61,875 bases of DNA from a virus. Lineage: Duplodnaviria; Caudoviricetes. The stretch covers positions 1 through 61,875 of the IMG/VR virus record IMGVR_UViG_3300021197_000785; one strand, given 5' to 3'. Below, in pieces: positions 44,680 through 53,957 of the stretch (the stretch's first letter is position 1; each line of letters starts with the position of its first letter). Below the pieces are notes generated by a model. The model saw only the letters and a program-made list of their open reading frames with translations. It was not told the origin of the DNA and searched no databases. A program made the translations under genes and the position numbers.

Positions 44680-45323
44680 GTTACAACTTTCACATAGTTA
44701 AGCACAGTTTCTTTTCCACCGTGAAACTTGCTAACCTGATGACGTTTTACCTTGGCACTTATCTCACAGTTTTTGCCCCAATGCTCCGCTGGATGTTTGG
44801 TAAAGAAGCATACAAGTGCTCCATTTAACTCAGCATTTACAACATGGCATTGTAGACTCTGTATAAAACTACAGTTTAGTACACTAATTTGTCCCTGGAT
44901 ATTATCACCTTCAGTGCCTATATGCCCGCTAGTAGTGCTTAGTTTACGCATCTGATTATCTGTTTCATCGCGTTTTACACTGCGAAAATATGCTTTGGGT
45001 AAACTTGCAATGATACCAATATCCCTGCGATCGCATTGTCCACTCTGTATAATAGCGAGAACTTTTTGTTCAAAGTCATTGATCTTAGCACCCATTGCTT
45101 TAAATGTAAGACCCTTGTAATACTGGATAATATTTTCTGCAATCTCTTCACATTCTTTTGTGATATGATCCACAAACAATGTTTGTGTACCAGGAATAAC
45201 TCCTAAGTGACTTTGTATGATTCGCTTATTTGTAACTGTGCCATAGTTTGCATAAGTCTCACCTTTTTGAAAGTGTGCAGATACAGCGTAAGTCATCACA
45301 GTTTTAAGGTCATTAGTATCCAT
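44676..45323 (-). CDS. Hypothetical protein with C-terminal OB-fold-like region
   Basis: HIGTEG...AKVKRH...ETVLNYVK pattern. Confidence 0.65.
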   Translation of the reverse strand: MDTNDLKTVMTYAVSAHFQKGETYANYGTVTNKRIIQSHLGVIPGTQTLFVDHITKECEEIAENIIQYYKGLTFKAMGAKINDFEQKVLAIIQSGQCDRRDIGIIASLPKAYFRSVKRDETDNQMRKLSTTSGHIGTEGDNIQGQISVLNCSFIQSLQCHVVNAELNGALVCFFTKHPAEHWGKNCEISAKVKRHQVSKFHGGKETVLNYVKVVT

Positions 45324-45358
45324 TTTTTTGGTCCTCGAGTAATTTAATCATTAAATAT

Positions 45359-45386
45359 ATTATAGCACCAATGGAAAATTTGTCAA
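45359..45386 (-). promoter_or_regulatory. Sigma70-like promoter TTGACA-N16-TATAAT
   Basis: GGTTGACAaattttccattggtgcTATAAT; overlaps the start of the divergent plus-strand gene. Confidence 0.7.
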
Positions 45387-46009
45387 CCTCACAGTGGAAA
45401 AAATATCAAGATTACACTATAGAACGTTTTAATTCTACTAGTGTTGAGTATGATCCTTATTGGCATATTTTTATTGAGGACATATTGCATCCTGAATTGT
45501 TCCAATTAGTACTAGCAGAATGGCCCGACTTTGAAGCAGGACAATGTCAGTGGGCTTTTAGTAAAAATGCACCAGATCAAAGCCCAAATCGCAAAATATA
45601 TCAACCTAATAGACCAGACGGATACCAGTTTTGGAAACAATATTATGACAATATGATTGATAATCCAAACATTATTAGTGCAGCATACAGACTAGAAGGT
45701 ATAGAAACAACACCTGATTATGTAACTGCAAGTATTTGGGAGGATTATCATGGGTACGCTGTGGGCAATCATGTTGACCACCACACTATTGATCTTGCAT
45801 GGCAAACATACGTTTATTGCAGTGGGGGCGAAGGTTGGGGTACTAGCATGAATAACTCCGAGGGCGAACAACTAAAGCGTTTTCCATTCAAACAAAACAG
45901 TGGTTGGCTAATGCGTGTTGATGCAGGTAGTTGGCATAGTTGCGATCCAGTAGACTGTGATGTGCGTCGTAGTATTATGGCACGTTTTATGACTAAGCAG
46001 AGAGGCTAG
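45371..46009 (+). CDS. 2OG-Fe(II) dioxygenase
   Basis: DPYWHIFIEDIL, NHVD (HxD), SWHS, RRSI. Confidence 0.7.
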   Translation: MENLSTSQWKKYQDYTIERFNSTSVEYDPYWHIFIEDILHPELFQLVLAEWPDFEAGQCQWAFSKNAPDQSPNRKIYQPNRPDGYQFWKQYYDNMIDNPNIISAAYRLEGIETTPDYVTASIWEDYHGYAVGNHVDHHTIDLAWQTYVYCSGGEGWGTSMNNSEGEQLKRFPFKQNSGWLMRVDAGSWHSCDPVDCDVRRSIMARFMTKQRG

Positions 46010-46916
46010 TAAGTTCTACTAGTGTTGCTGCCAAGTTAATTTCTTGGTCTGCTACCATTGGAATGTTACGCAATCCTTTTGCAATGATGAGGATAGCAGC
46101 ATCCTTTTGCTCATCTGTAGTTCCCCACAGTTCCAAGTTATCATACATCCAACGGAACAATTCATCCATTTCCTCAGGACGCACTTGACTGCACAGCATC
46201 TTACGAGCCTCAAGTATCTTGCCTTGTTTAAACAAGTCTACTACTGCTAGTTTATAGTCTGCTGTCGCACTGTCACCTTCATTGGGCTTTACAAGTTTGC
46301 CGTCAATGGTGTTCATCTGACATAAGTTCAAACATTTACGCAAGTCAGGATATGTTGCTTTTACATAACTGTCCAGTGTATCAATATCAATCTCTACACC
46401 TTCTTCAACACACACTGTTGCAATGCGGGCAGTGAACTCTGTGTGATCAATTTTTTCAATATGAAAGCCCTGACATCTACTGTGCAGTGCAGGAATAACT
46501 TTGTTTGGATAGTTACAAGTTAGAATAAAACGGCTACTGCTTGCATAGGTTTCCATAACACCGCGTAGTGCCGCCTGACCATTTGGACTAATATAATCAG
46601 CCTCGTCAAGTAGTACAACCTTAAACTCACCAAAAGGCATAGTTTGCACAAAGTTAGTAATCTTGTCACGCACATTTTCAACACTGTTCTCACGACTAGC
46701 GTTGATCTCTAGTACATCATACTCATCAATATCCAGCATATTGATAAGCACTTTTGCAAGAGTTGTTTTGCCTGTGCCTGGAGCACCACTGAACAACAAG
46801 TGTGGAATAGTTTTACTATCTACCCAGCCCTGTACTTGTTTACGTTGTGCATCATCGCGGAACACATAGTCGTCTAGTGTGCTAGGGCGATACTTCTCAG
46901 TCCATAGTTCTTTCAT
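45993..46916 (-). CDS. Clamp loader large subunit (gp44/RFC-like AAA+)
   Basis: LWTEKYRP, GAPGTGKT, EINAS, LLDEAD, SRC, YPDLR. Confidence 0.92.
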   Translation of the reverse strand: MKELWTEKYRPSTLDDYVFRDDAQRKQVQGWVDSKTIPHLLFSGAPGTGKTTLAKVLINMLDIDEYDVLEINASRENSVENVRDKITNFVQTMPFGEFKVVLLDEADYISPNGQAALRGVMETYASSSRFILTCNYPNKVIPALHSRCQGFHIEKIDHTEFTARIATVCVEEGVEIDIDTLDSYVKATYPDLRKCLNLCQMNTIDGKLVKPNEGDSATADYKLAVVDLFKQGKILEARKMLCSQVRPEEMDELFRWMYDNLELWGTTDEQKDAAILIIAKGLRNIPMVADQEINLAATLVELTSLSA

Positions 46917-46924
46917 AGTTTACC

Positions 46925-48118
46925 TTAATATAATTTGTGAACATTATCTTTTGCACTTGAATACGCACTAATAGCAGCACCCACGCCACTGCCTGGTTTA
47001 AACTGAACATTTAGATCACGCATTGCAAGCTCAACACCACCGAGAACACCCAACACCATTGTTTCATTAAGCCATCCAAGATGTCCAATTCGGAATACAT
47101 TTCCATTAAGCGGTCCAAGTCCTGCTCCTAAACTAATGCCATATTCATTGTATGCATGTAGTATAACATCATTTGCATCTGTTTGTCTATCTACAACAAT
47201 ACTAGTTACTGTATCACTTGCTGTGCTAGGATCTTTTGCGGCAATAGTAAGTCCCCAAGCATCCACAGCAGCTCTTACACCGCTGGCTAATCTATTGTGC
47301 CTTGCCCACACATTTTCCATGCCTTCTTCCAACAGTATGTCAGTGCCAGTACGCAATCCGCGCATCAGAGTCATTGCAGGTGTATAAGGAAAATAGCCAG
47401 TTTCGTTACTACTAAGCATAGTGCCAAAATCATAATACTTTATTTTGCTTTTCCACTTGCCGCCCTTGATGATGTTTATCACACGCTCACTAAGTGCTAC
47501 AACAACTAGTCCAGTGGGCATCATGAAACCTTTTTGTGATCCTGCAATTGCAACATCAACACGCCATTCATCGTGTCTGTATTCAATACAGCCAATGCTA
47601 CTGATGCCATCCACCATAAGCAGTGCAGGATGATCCAGTTCGTCTAGCAGTTCGCGCACTGCGCCAACATTACTAGTGACACCAGTTGCAGTTTCATTTT
47701 GACACACCATCACCGCTTTGATCATTTTACTTGTGTCACTTTCTAAAACTTCACGATAACTATCAAGTGGTGTTGCTTCTCCCCATTCAACACTTATATC
47801 ATGCACTGCAAACTTCATGTCCTGGCACATTTGTACCCATAGTTTGCTAAACTGCCCAAACTGGCTAACAAGCACACGATCACCTTCAAATAGCAAATTT
47901 TCTAAACCTGCTTGCCAGCCTCCTGTGCCAGTGCCTGGAAATACAACTACACTGCCTGTTTCAGTTTTAAATACTTTTTTTAGATCTTCCATGAGGGGGG
48001 TTACAAAACTAGGCAAGTCAGGTGCTCTGTGATCCTCTGTAGGAATATACATACTTTGTGATATTCTGTTAGGCACGTTCGTAGGTCCGGGTACTGCTAG
48101 TGTTCTGTTCCCAATCAT
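46925..48118 (-). CDS. sgaA: Serine-glyoxylate aminotransferase-like (class V PLP enzyme)
   Basis: PGPTNVP, EDHR, GTGGW, FGQFS.LW, NETATGV, VDGISS, GSQKGFM (PLP Lys), YFPYTP, FRIGHLG. Confidence 0.85.
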   Translation of the reverse strand: MIGNRTLAVPGPTNVPNRISQSMYIPTEDHRAPDLPSFVTPLMEDLKKVFKTETGSVVVFPGTGTGGWQAGLENLLFEGDRVLVSQFGQFSKLWVQMCQDMKFAVHDISVEWGEATPLDSYREVLESDTSKMIKAVMVCQNETATGVTSNVGAVRELLDELDHPALLMVDGISSIGCIEYRHDEWRVDVAIAGSQKGFMMPTGLVVVALSERVINIIKGGKWKSKIKYYDFGTMLSSNETGYFPYTPAMTLMRGLRTGTDILLEEGMENVWARHNRLASGVRAAVDAWGLTIAAKDPSTASDTVTSIVVDRQTDANDVILHAYNEYGISLGAGLGPLNGNVFRIGHLGWLNETMVLGVLGGVELAMRDLNVQFKPGSGVGAAISAYSSAKDNVHKLY

Positions 48119-48315
48119 TTCAAAGTCTCCTTGTATGAACCGTCTAAGTTATAGTGTTTACCATTATATATGAAACAACCCAATGCTGTCAATATTCCAT
48201 ATTGCTTTCTTAGTTGTTTATACCATGCTATGTAATGTTTAATTGAGTTCGCCATAAACCAATATACTCGTTCTAACTTTGTCGCCTTCATGTATAACTG
48301 CATGAGGATGTTCAA
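48115..48315 (-). CDS. Small hypothetical protein
   Basis: Fills gap between genes; real start probably MANSIKHY. Confidence 0.4.
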   Translation of the reverse strand: MNILMQLYMKATKLERVYWFMANSIKHYIAWYKQLRKQYGILTALGCFIYNGKHYNLDGSYKETLK

Positions 48316-49219
48316 TTGTATCTAATAATAATGGTTTATCTAACGGAAGTATTCCGCCTCTGCCCTGTTTGAAATACACACCTTCATGTGCTTTGCATGC
48401 CCAATACAGTTTTTTGCATCCCCGCATATAAGGATATGCTGCCCTTTTATAATGGTCATCTCTGTGTATATCAATGTAGGTGCCTGGACTAAGTGTTTGT
48501 ATACTAATGTCAAGTATTCTTGTATATCCAACACTAGTTACAAAGTCTCGTACAAGTGGACTACTAATATCATCTAGTTCAATAAAGGGCAAGTCACTTG
48601 CATATTCTTTAATTTGACTAATACAATATCCACGATTATATCTTTCTTCTGTGTATTTCATCATGGGCTGTAGTTCTGACAAGAGCTCGTCTGTATCATA
48701 CTCTGGTAAATTACAATAACGCCAGGGCACCATATCTTCTTTGTACCACCACTGTGGTCCATGTGCAGTTGCATAAAAACTGCGTATGCGTTCGGGCCAG
48801 TTACCCGTTGTGATCAAAGGTCTATCTACAGTAAGTGTATAATTTTCAAATAAATTTTGTCCATAATCACCATTGCGTATTGCTTCATATATACGCGAGT
48901 ACATTTCACCAATCTCAGTGTGTATCCATATGGTAAAAACACATCCCGTGTCCCATACTGCAGTAGCAGGCTGATGCACTGTTCCATTACCGTCAGTGCA
49001 ATACCCAGTATAAATCATGTGTTTTATACTGTCTCCGTTTATTTGTATGTCTGAAATTTCTATTTTAGTGTCAACATATTCTACACATAGTTCATACCAA
49101 CCACGTGGAATATTTTGTTCTGTGTCTAATGAAATTTGAAAAGTAGTGTTACTAAGGTCTTTTAGGTAAAAGTTTTGTAATGGATTATCACTAGTTACTG
49201 ATAGTTTCATATAATTCAA
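48239..49219 (-). CDS. Aspartyl/asparaginyl beta-hydroxylase-like 2OG-Fe(II) oxygenase with N-terminal extension
   Basis: LSPGTYIDIHRD, DTIEHPHAVIHEGDKVR. Confidence 0.65.
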   Translation of the reverse strand: MNYMKLSVTSDNPLQNFYLKDLSNTTFQISLDTEQNIPRGWYELCVEYVDTKIEISDIQINGDSIKHMIYTGYCTDGNGTVHQPATAVWDTGCVFTIWIHTEIGEMYSRIYEAIRNGDYGQNLFENYTLTVDRPLITTGNWPERIRSFYATAHGPQWWYKEDMVPWRYCNLPEYDTDELLSELQPMMKYTEERYNRGYCISQIKEYASDLPFIELDDISSPLVRDFVTSVGYTRILDISIQTLSPGTYIDIHRDDHYKRAAYPYMRGCKKLYWACKAHEGVYFKQGRGGILPLDKPLLLDTIEHPHAVIHEGDKVRTSILVYGELN

Positions 49220-49739
49220 AATCCTCTTTATAAAGGTTTTCTACTTCACATTCTTCGATAAAGAAGTTTATAAGTGCAATAAGTGCAGGGTCTGCGTTCT
49301 CTGGATATAATTCAAAAGACTCATAGCCATTGTCAGTTGCCCAAGTGCTAAAGTTATCTAAACTTACAAACTGCCAATCTATCTTTTTATATCGTTCACT
49401 TGCTGCAGTTTGCTTCTGTAAGTGTACTGGATCAATATTATACCAATCCTTGGGATCATCCTCAAGTGTTTCACGCAATAGTTCTTCTGTGTCTGACCAT
49501 TGTGCCATAGGCTCTTTGCCCTGCGCACTTGCATAACGCTTGATCACAGTTTGAATCTGTTTTGGCAACCTACCGTTAGGATTCCTAACAAGATAAATTG
49601 CTGTTGCTTCTTCAATCTTTTTTACATCTGCATCACCAAGTTGTACAAAGCCGTTTTGTTCGCCCCATGCAATAATGCTGCGTCTAGCACATTTGGGACT
49701 AGTCCCTATCAGATGTTTTCCGTTCCATATCACCATCAA
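49191..49739 (-). CDS. Degenerate sulfotransferase-like protein
   Basis: SPKCARRSI, VRNPNGR, H..KQ, LYKEDFELY. Confidence 0.5.
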   Translation of the reverse strand: MMVIWNGKHLIGTSPKCARRSIIAWGEQNGFVQLGDADVKKIEEATAIYLVRNPNGRLPKQIQTVIKRYASAQGKEPMAQWSDTEELLRETLEDDPKDWYNIDPVHLQKQTAASERYKKIDWQFVSLDNFSTWATDNGYESFELYPENADPALIALINFFIEECEVENLYKEDFELYETISN

Positions 49740-49887
49740 CTAAATTTGCAATACGTTTATACAATGTATAAACCTGTTCTTGCAGTTCCTTTATATTGTG
49801 TCTTAACAACTCATTCTCTGCTTGTGTTGCTAACATTTGTTTTCTGTATACTTCTGTATCACTTTGGGTATGATCTTCAAAAGACAT
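49699..49887 (-). CDS. Small coiled-coil protein
   Basis: 62 aa heptad pattern; GGAGG SD. Confidence 0.6.
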   Translation of the reverse strand: MSFEDHTQSDTEVYRKQMLATQAENELLRHNIKELQEQVYTLYKRIANLVDGDMERKTSDRD

Positions 49888-50271
49888 TTATACCTCCAGT
49901 TTGCCTACACTTACGTTGCCTTCATATGCCCTGGTCTGATGTCCTGCTGTTGGCATCATTACTGTGTTGCTAGGTGCTTCGTCTTGTACAACCAGAACAT
50001 CTTTGGGATCCACTGTACGGGTAGTAACCCCATTTAGTTCGAATCCGCGACTCCAACGACCATGTGAAACTAATATCCATTGTCCTACTGTTACATCTTC
50101 TTGCTCTGGTCCAACGTGTGTAACTTCAGCCCAGCGAGGATGTATTCCACTGACCTTGCCATTATCACTTGCAATAATTAATCCACTTTCTGTGCGTGTT
50201 TCACCAAAGTCCATTTCTGCCACAGCAATACCATTGCGCAAGGGTTTAAAATTTCCATTTACTTTTGTCAT
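49888..50271 (-). CDS. groES: Co-chaperonin GroES-like
   Basis: FKPLRN, TESGLII mobile loop, AEVTHVGP, VTVGQWIL. Confidence 0.8.
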   Translation of the reverse strand: MTKVNGNFKPLRNGIAVAEMDFGETRTESGLIIASDNGKVSGIHPRWAEVTHVGPEQEDVTVGQWILVSHGRWSRGFELNGVTTRTVDPKDVLVVQDEAPSNTVMMPTAGHQTRAYEGNVSVGKLEV

Positions 50272-50273
50272 AC

Positions 50274-50639
50274 TTACTCCTTAGTTGCTGCTATAGCGGC
50301 TGCTAAACCGCCTGTTGCACTTGTGGGTTCTACTTCCACAGTTTCTTCAACTGCTTGTTGAGGTGCTTCCCAGTCTTTCCAATCATCATCGTCTGCTTCT
50401 ACTGCACTGCTCTCACGGATTGTTCCGTCCTCAGGAATCATTGTGTTTAGTTTGTGATATTCACGCATAATTTCTTCGCGACTTTTTGTAATGTTTCCTG
50501 CTGCGTCAATCTGGTCACCACGGGCATTAACATTCATGTTACCAAGTGCAGGTGCAGTTTCATTAGCAAGTATCATTGCTCCAAAGTCTATATTTTTTCC
50601 ATTTGCTGTTCTATAAGTCTTGCCCTTTTTAGGTGCCAT
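50274..50639 (-). CDS. Hypothetical protein
   Basis: YRTANGK.ID...ALGNMNVNARGD; acidic tail. Confidence 0.7.
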   Translation of the reverse strand: MAPKKGKTYRTANGKNIDFGAMILANETAPALGNMNVNARGDQIDAAGNITKSREEIMREYHKLNTMIPEDGTIRESSAVEADDDDWKDWEAPQQAVEETVEVEPTSATGGLAAAIAATKE

Positions 50640-51172
50640 TAGATTCTCCTTAGTGCATAATCAATTGCAAAACGTTTTTTGTCTGTTGTAATATCCTTTG
50701 AGGCATGAATAATGCGCGGATCAAATACAATAAAGTTTCCTGGTGTCATTTTGTACTGCTTGTTGTCGTGACTAAAATCACCACCCATAGTTTCAGGATC
50801 CCAAAATGCATCCAGTATACCTAATATTTTAATATTATCATCTTCATCATAGTCAGTATGAAAATTATCCCTGCGTGTGCGATCCTTAATACTAATTTGA
50901 CAACTAACTACTTCCCATTCATCAAACAATCCAGGATGCGTTGCTTGTACTGCTTCATCCATTTGTACAAACAATCCTAGTGCCATACCTGCTAGTACGC
51001 CAGTTTCTACAACTGGTTCTTTGTTTATCAAACGTAGTTTTGCAAAACGGTTTTCTATTTCTTTTACGTTCATGGGCCAGCGCCAGTCCCAATGCGGACT
51101 ATCTTCTGCGTATACCTTCATTGTAGCCAAGTAGTTTAGGCTACATGCGTTTTCTATTACTACTGTTTCCAT
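50639..51172 (-). CDS. 2OG-Fe(II) dioxygenase
   Basis: FHTD, W...GG, PGNFIVFD..IIH, KRFAI. Confidence 0.75.
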   Translation of the reverse strand: METVVIENACSLNYLATMKVYAEDSPHWDWRWPMNVKEIENRFAKLRLINKEPVVETGVLAGMALGLFVQMDEAVQATHPGLFDEWEVVSCQISIKDRTRRDNFHTDYDEDDNIKILGILDAFWDPETMGGDFSHDNKQYKMTPGNFIVFDPRIIHASKDITTDKKRFAIDYALRRI

Positions 51173-51204
51173 TTTTAATCCTAATATATGCGTATATTAT
51201 ATAC

Positions 51205-51726
51205 TTATCTTAAAAATTCTGCAATATCTAAATCATAGTAAAGACTGTCAATTTTGTGTATGCCTATCAAATATAGTACATAACTTGCTACACTTGATCC
51301 TCTACCTACGCCCCATACAACATCTTTATCACGCATTGTATCTACTAGATACACAAGAAAGCACAGCAAATCAAACATCCCACGTTCCTGATACAACAAT
51401 AACTCTGTACCTACACGCTGCAGTTGTGCATCTGTATTACACAGATTAAGCAAATATTCTGCAATATCTAATTGCTTGTATTTGTCTGGCATGCTCCAGT
51501 TATGTCTATTATCAGCATGGTATTGTTCTACATCTATGTCAAGTTCATCTAATTGTGTTACAAATGTGTTTAAATGTAGTTTTTTACTTGCACCATTGAA
51601 CTTGCTTACATCTTCTAAACATAGGTTACTAACATCCAGTGCAGGATTAGCATACAGCATATTACACGCTTGATCTTCGTTTAATACCTGTCTACTATAG
51701 TTGTCAAGCAATATCGTCATTATCAC
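51205..51726 (-). CDS. dnaE: Stand-alone fragment of DNA polymerase III alpha subunit
   Basis: RVGTELL...YLVDTMR...VWGVGRGSSVASYVLYLIGIHKIDSL.YDL..EFL, then stop. Confidence 0.75.
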   Translation of the reverse strand: MIMTILLDNYSRQVLNEDQACNMLYANPALDVSNLCLEDVSKFNGASKKLHLNTFVTQLDELDIDVEQYHADNRHNWSMPDKYKQLDIAEYLLNLCNTDAQLQRVGTELLLYQERGMFDLLCFLVYLVDTMRDKDVVWGVGRGSSVASYVLYLIGIHKIDSLYYDLDIAEFLR

Positions 51727-52324
51727 TCTTTGGTGGCTTTTTAAAATCTTTCAAACTAATTACATCTGCTTCTTTTGGCTTATCATCATACTGTAAGTCA
51801 ACTTCTTCCCAAGGATGATCTACAAGTTTAAGTCCTTCATGTAGTAAAAACAATTGCGGTGTTGGCTTGTACCAATACTTAACATACTGTTCTAAATCAG
51901 GTTCATCATCAAATAGTTCTAGCAAGTTTTCATTACCGCCATCTGCTTCACTAAAGTTATGACTTACACTTCTTGCCTGATGACTACTAATACTAATACT
52001 GTCCACATAGAATACTTCTTCACATATACTGTTGATCTTAGTATACAAACACATTGCAATTAAATGATCCCATGGGTCATCAGGGAATACATGCACCTGT
52101 GCTTTAAAAGGAATCTCACTTAACAGTTTAAGGTTATGACACCCTAAAAATATACTATTATCAAGAATCTCTTGTATGTAGTATTGTACACGTTCCATTG
52201 CTTTATTGTAAAGTTTATTTTTAGCAGTGTTTGGAATCAGTTGTACATGCAAATTCCAAGTGTTAGGAATAATAACATCTTCGATTACCATTGTAGTACA
52301 AAATGTTTCTTTAAGTTCTATCAT
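51704..52324 (-). CDS. Hypothetical protein
   Basis: 206-aa ORF coupled to the dnaE fragment. Confidence 0.7.
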   Translation of the reverse strand: MIELKETFCTTMVIEDVIIPNTWNLHVQLIPNTAKNKLYNKAMERVQYYIQEILDNSIFLGCHNLKLLSEIPFKAQVHVFPDDPWDHLIAMCLYTKINSICEEVFYVDSISISSHQARSVSHNFSEADGGNENLLELFDDEPDLEQYVKYWYKPTPQLFLLHEGLKLVDHPWEEVDLQYDDKPKEADVISLKDFKKPPKSDNDDIA

Positions 52325-52573
52325 TTAAATGTCGATTAAATCGTCCCAGTTTTTGCCTTTGCTTTCGGCATTGTCGTTTTCTTCTTGATAGCGTTTGTGG
52401 TCTCTGCGTTGTGATTCTGCTCTATAATCATTGAGCATAAGTTCTATTTGAGAAATCATATTTGAATTGCCAGTTTGATGACCAAATATCATACGCTTTT
52501 GCAATTCAGTTTGTTTTTTCATCAAATCACTGTCACTTAGTTGTGATAAATCAGGTGTTAGTGGATGGTTCAT
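52325..52573 (-). CDS. Small helical hypothetical protein
   Basis: 82 aa; HPLTPDLSQLSD. Confidence 0.65.
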   Translation of the reverse strand: MNHPLTPDLSQLSDSDLMKKQTELQKRMIFGHQTGNSNMISQIELMLNDYRAESQRRDHKRYQEENDNAESKGKNWDDLIDI

Positions 52574-52776
52574 CTTAGTCCGTCCCTTCGCTGTTCACAG
52601 TATGTATTGAATGTTGTCCAATTGCGCCATATTAGCCAAGCACCTAGCGCACTCCATATCATGCTAGGAATCAGCATTAGTTTAAGACTAAACGTTAAAA
52701 GTACAGCAAACGTTGCACAAACTATATGATCTTTAGAGGTCACCGTCTTGCCTGTTCTCGCTGTAGTATGCATCAA
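52570..52776 (-). CDS. Small membrane protein
   Basis: Two hydrophobic segments; start uncertain. Confidence 0.5.
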   Translation of the reverse strand: MMHTTARTGKTVTSKDHIVCATFAVLLTFSLKLMLIPSMIWSALGAWLIWRNWTTFNTYCEQRRDGLR

Positions 52777-53140
52777 AACTACCGCCTGGATAACGCTTCT
52801 CTAGTTTGCGGACATTCTCTGCAATTACTTCGTTAGGGTCTAAGTTAAGGGCGCGGCAACTGTTAATCCAGTACCACATAATATCGCCCAGTTCTCTTTT
52901 TGCATGAAACTGTGTTTCTTCACTAAGTGGTTTACCTTGAAAAATGCACTTCTTTACAATTTCCATGAACTCACCGCCTTCGGCACTAATACCAACAGCA
53001 CCTGTTAGAAGCAAACTTACATTTACGCCAGTTTCTTCTAGTCTGCTAATAGCCATAGACATTTCGCCACTATCATTAGATTCTTGTGAAGTTACTTCTT
53101 GTACGAAGTCTTGATATTTGTTTAAGTCAATTTTGTTCAT
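52733..53140 (-). CDS. mazG: MazG-like nucleoside triphosphate pyrophosphohydrolase
   Basis: GISAEGGEFMEIVKK...ELGDIMWY...NVRKLEKRYP. Confidence 0.9.
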   Translation of the reverse strand: MNKIDLNKYQDFVQEVTSQESNDSGEMSMAISRLEETGVNVSLLLTGAVGISAEGGEFMEIVKKCIFQGKPLSEETQFHAKRELGDIMWYWINSCRALNLDPNEVIAENVRKLEKRYPGGSFDAYYSENRQDGDL

Positions 53141-53165
53141 AGATACCTCTGTTTAATATCTATAT

Positions 53166-53193
53166 ATTATACATGTTATAGAGGTTAAGTCAA
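53166..53193 (-). promoter_or_regulatory. Sigma70-like promoter TTGACT-N16-TATAAT
   Basis: Upstream of mazG, GAGGT SD. Confidence 0.6.
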
Positions 53194-53196
53194 CTA

Positions 53197-53925
53197 TTAA
53201 ATTGCTTGTAGAACTAGTTTTTTCCAGATTATTGTTGAGCCATCATATGTGCCAGTGCAAACATATAAGTTTGTTGCGTCAGCGGCAATGTCGCCTGCTT
53301 TGTCACCTGCTTGTCCAGCCGCTACTGCAGTGCGAACTTCAATTGCTCTGTTGTTGCGCAAACAATCAATTACAGCAATACTTGTCCCTGCATCATCTGT
53401 TACAAATTCAAAGATGTGTACCCCTGTTCTATCTGGGGTAATAACACGGGCACCATTACTGCCTATAAGTTGATCTTGTCCAATGTCCACTGCACTTGGT
53501 AGTGTAATCGTGTGCGCAACACTTGCAACATTAACTTCAACACGAAGTGTTCCTACTTTTCCACTTGCTGGAAAGTTTGAAAATGCAAATGTAACACTGC
53601 CACTTGTTGTTAGTGTTTGATATGGACCTTGAGAGTAGTCAAAGGTCTGTGATCCACTGGTAGTGCCTTTTGCAATACGAGTTTCACTCATATCCTTCAT
53701 TTCAAAGTCTTCAATTACCGCTCCGGCGCCATCGTTGCTTAAACTGTCGCCTGAGAGCGCACTCTTTAGAACTGCTTTCGCTTCTAAATCAGTGATCTCT
53801 GTTTTTGCAACATCCAATGCTGCTTTTAAATTTGTAAAGTTATCACGAAACCCTTGGCTGTCATTATCCTGACCTGCCACTGGATACGCGGTATCAATAT
53901 TTGTTGTTACTATGCTACTTGCCAT
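53197..53925 (-). CDS. Virion structural protein (tail/baseplate-associated)
   Basis: YPVAGQDNDSQGFRDNF N-terminus, coiled coil, beta-rich; ATAAATA at 53955-53961. Confidence 0.7.
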   Translation of the reverse strand: MASSIVTTNIDTAYPVAGQDNDSQGFRDNFTNLKAALDVAKTEITDLEAKAVLKSALSGDSLSNDGAGAVIEDFEMKDMSETRIAKGTTSGSQTFDYSQGPYQTLTTSGSVTFAFSNFPASGKVGTLRVEVNVASVAHTITLPSAVDIGQDQLIGSNGARVITPDRTGVHIFEFVTDDAGTSIAVIDCLRNNRAIEVRTAVAAGQAGDKAGDIAADATNLYVCTGTYDGSTIIWKKLVLQAI

Positions 53926-53957
53926 GTTTAACTCCGGTTATGGAAACTGTATGTTAT

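Noticed and set aside
51704-52324. Possible second T-fold/QueD-like protein
   Set aside because: Only a vague secondary-structure impression; no His/Glu catalytic motifs could be identified.
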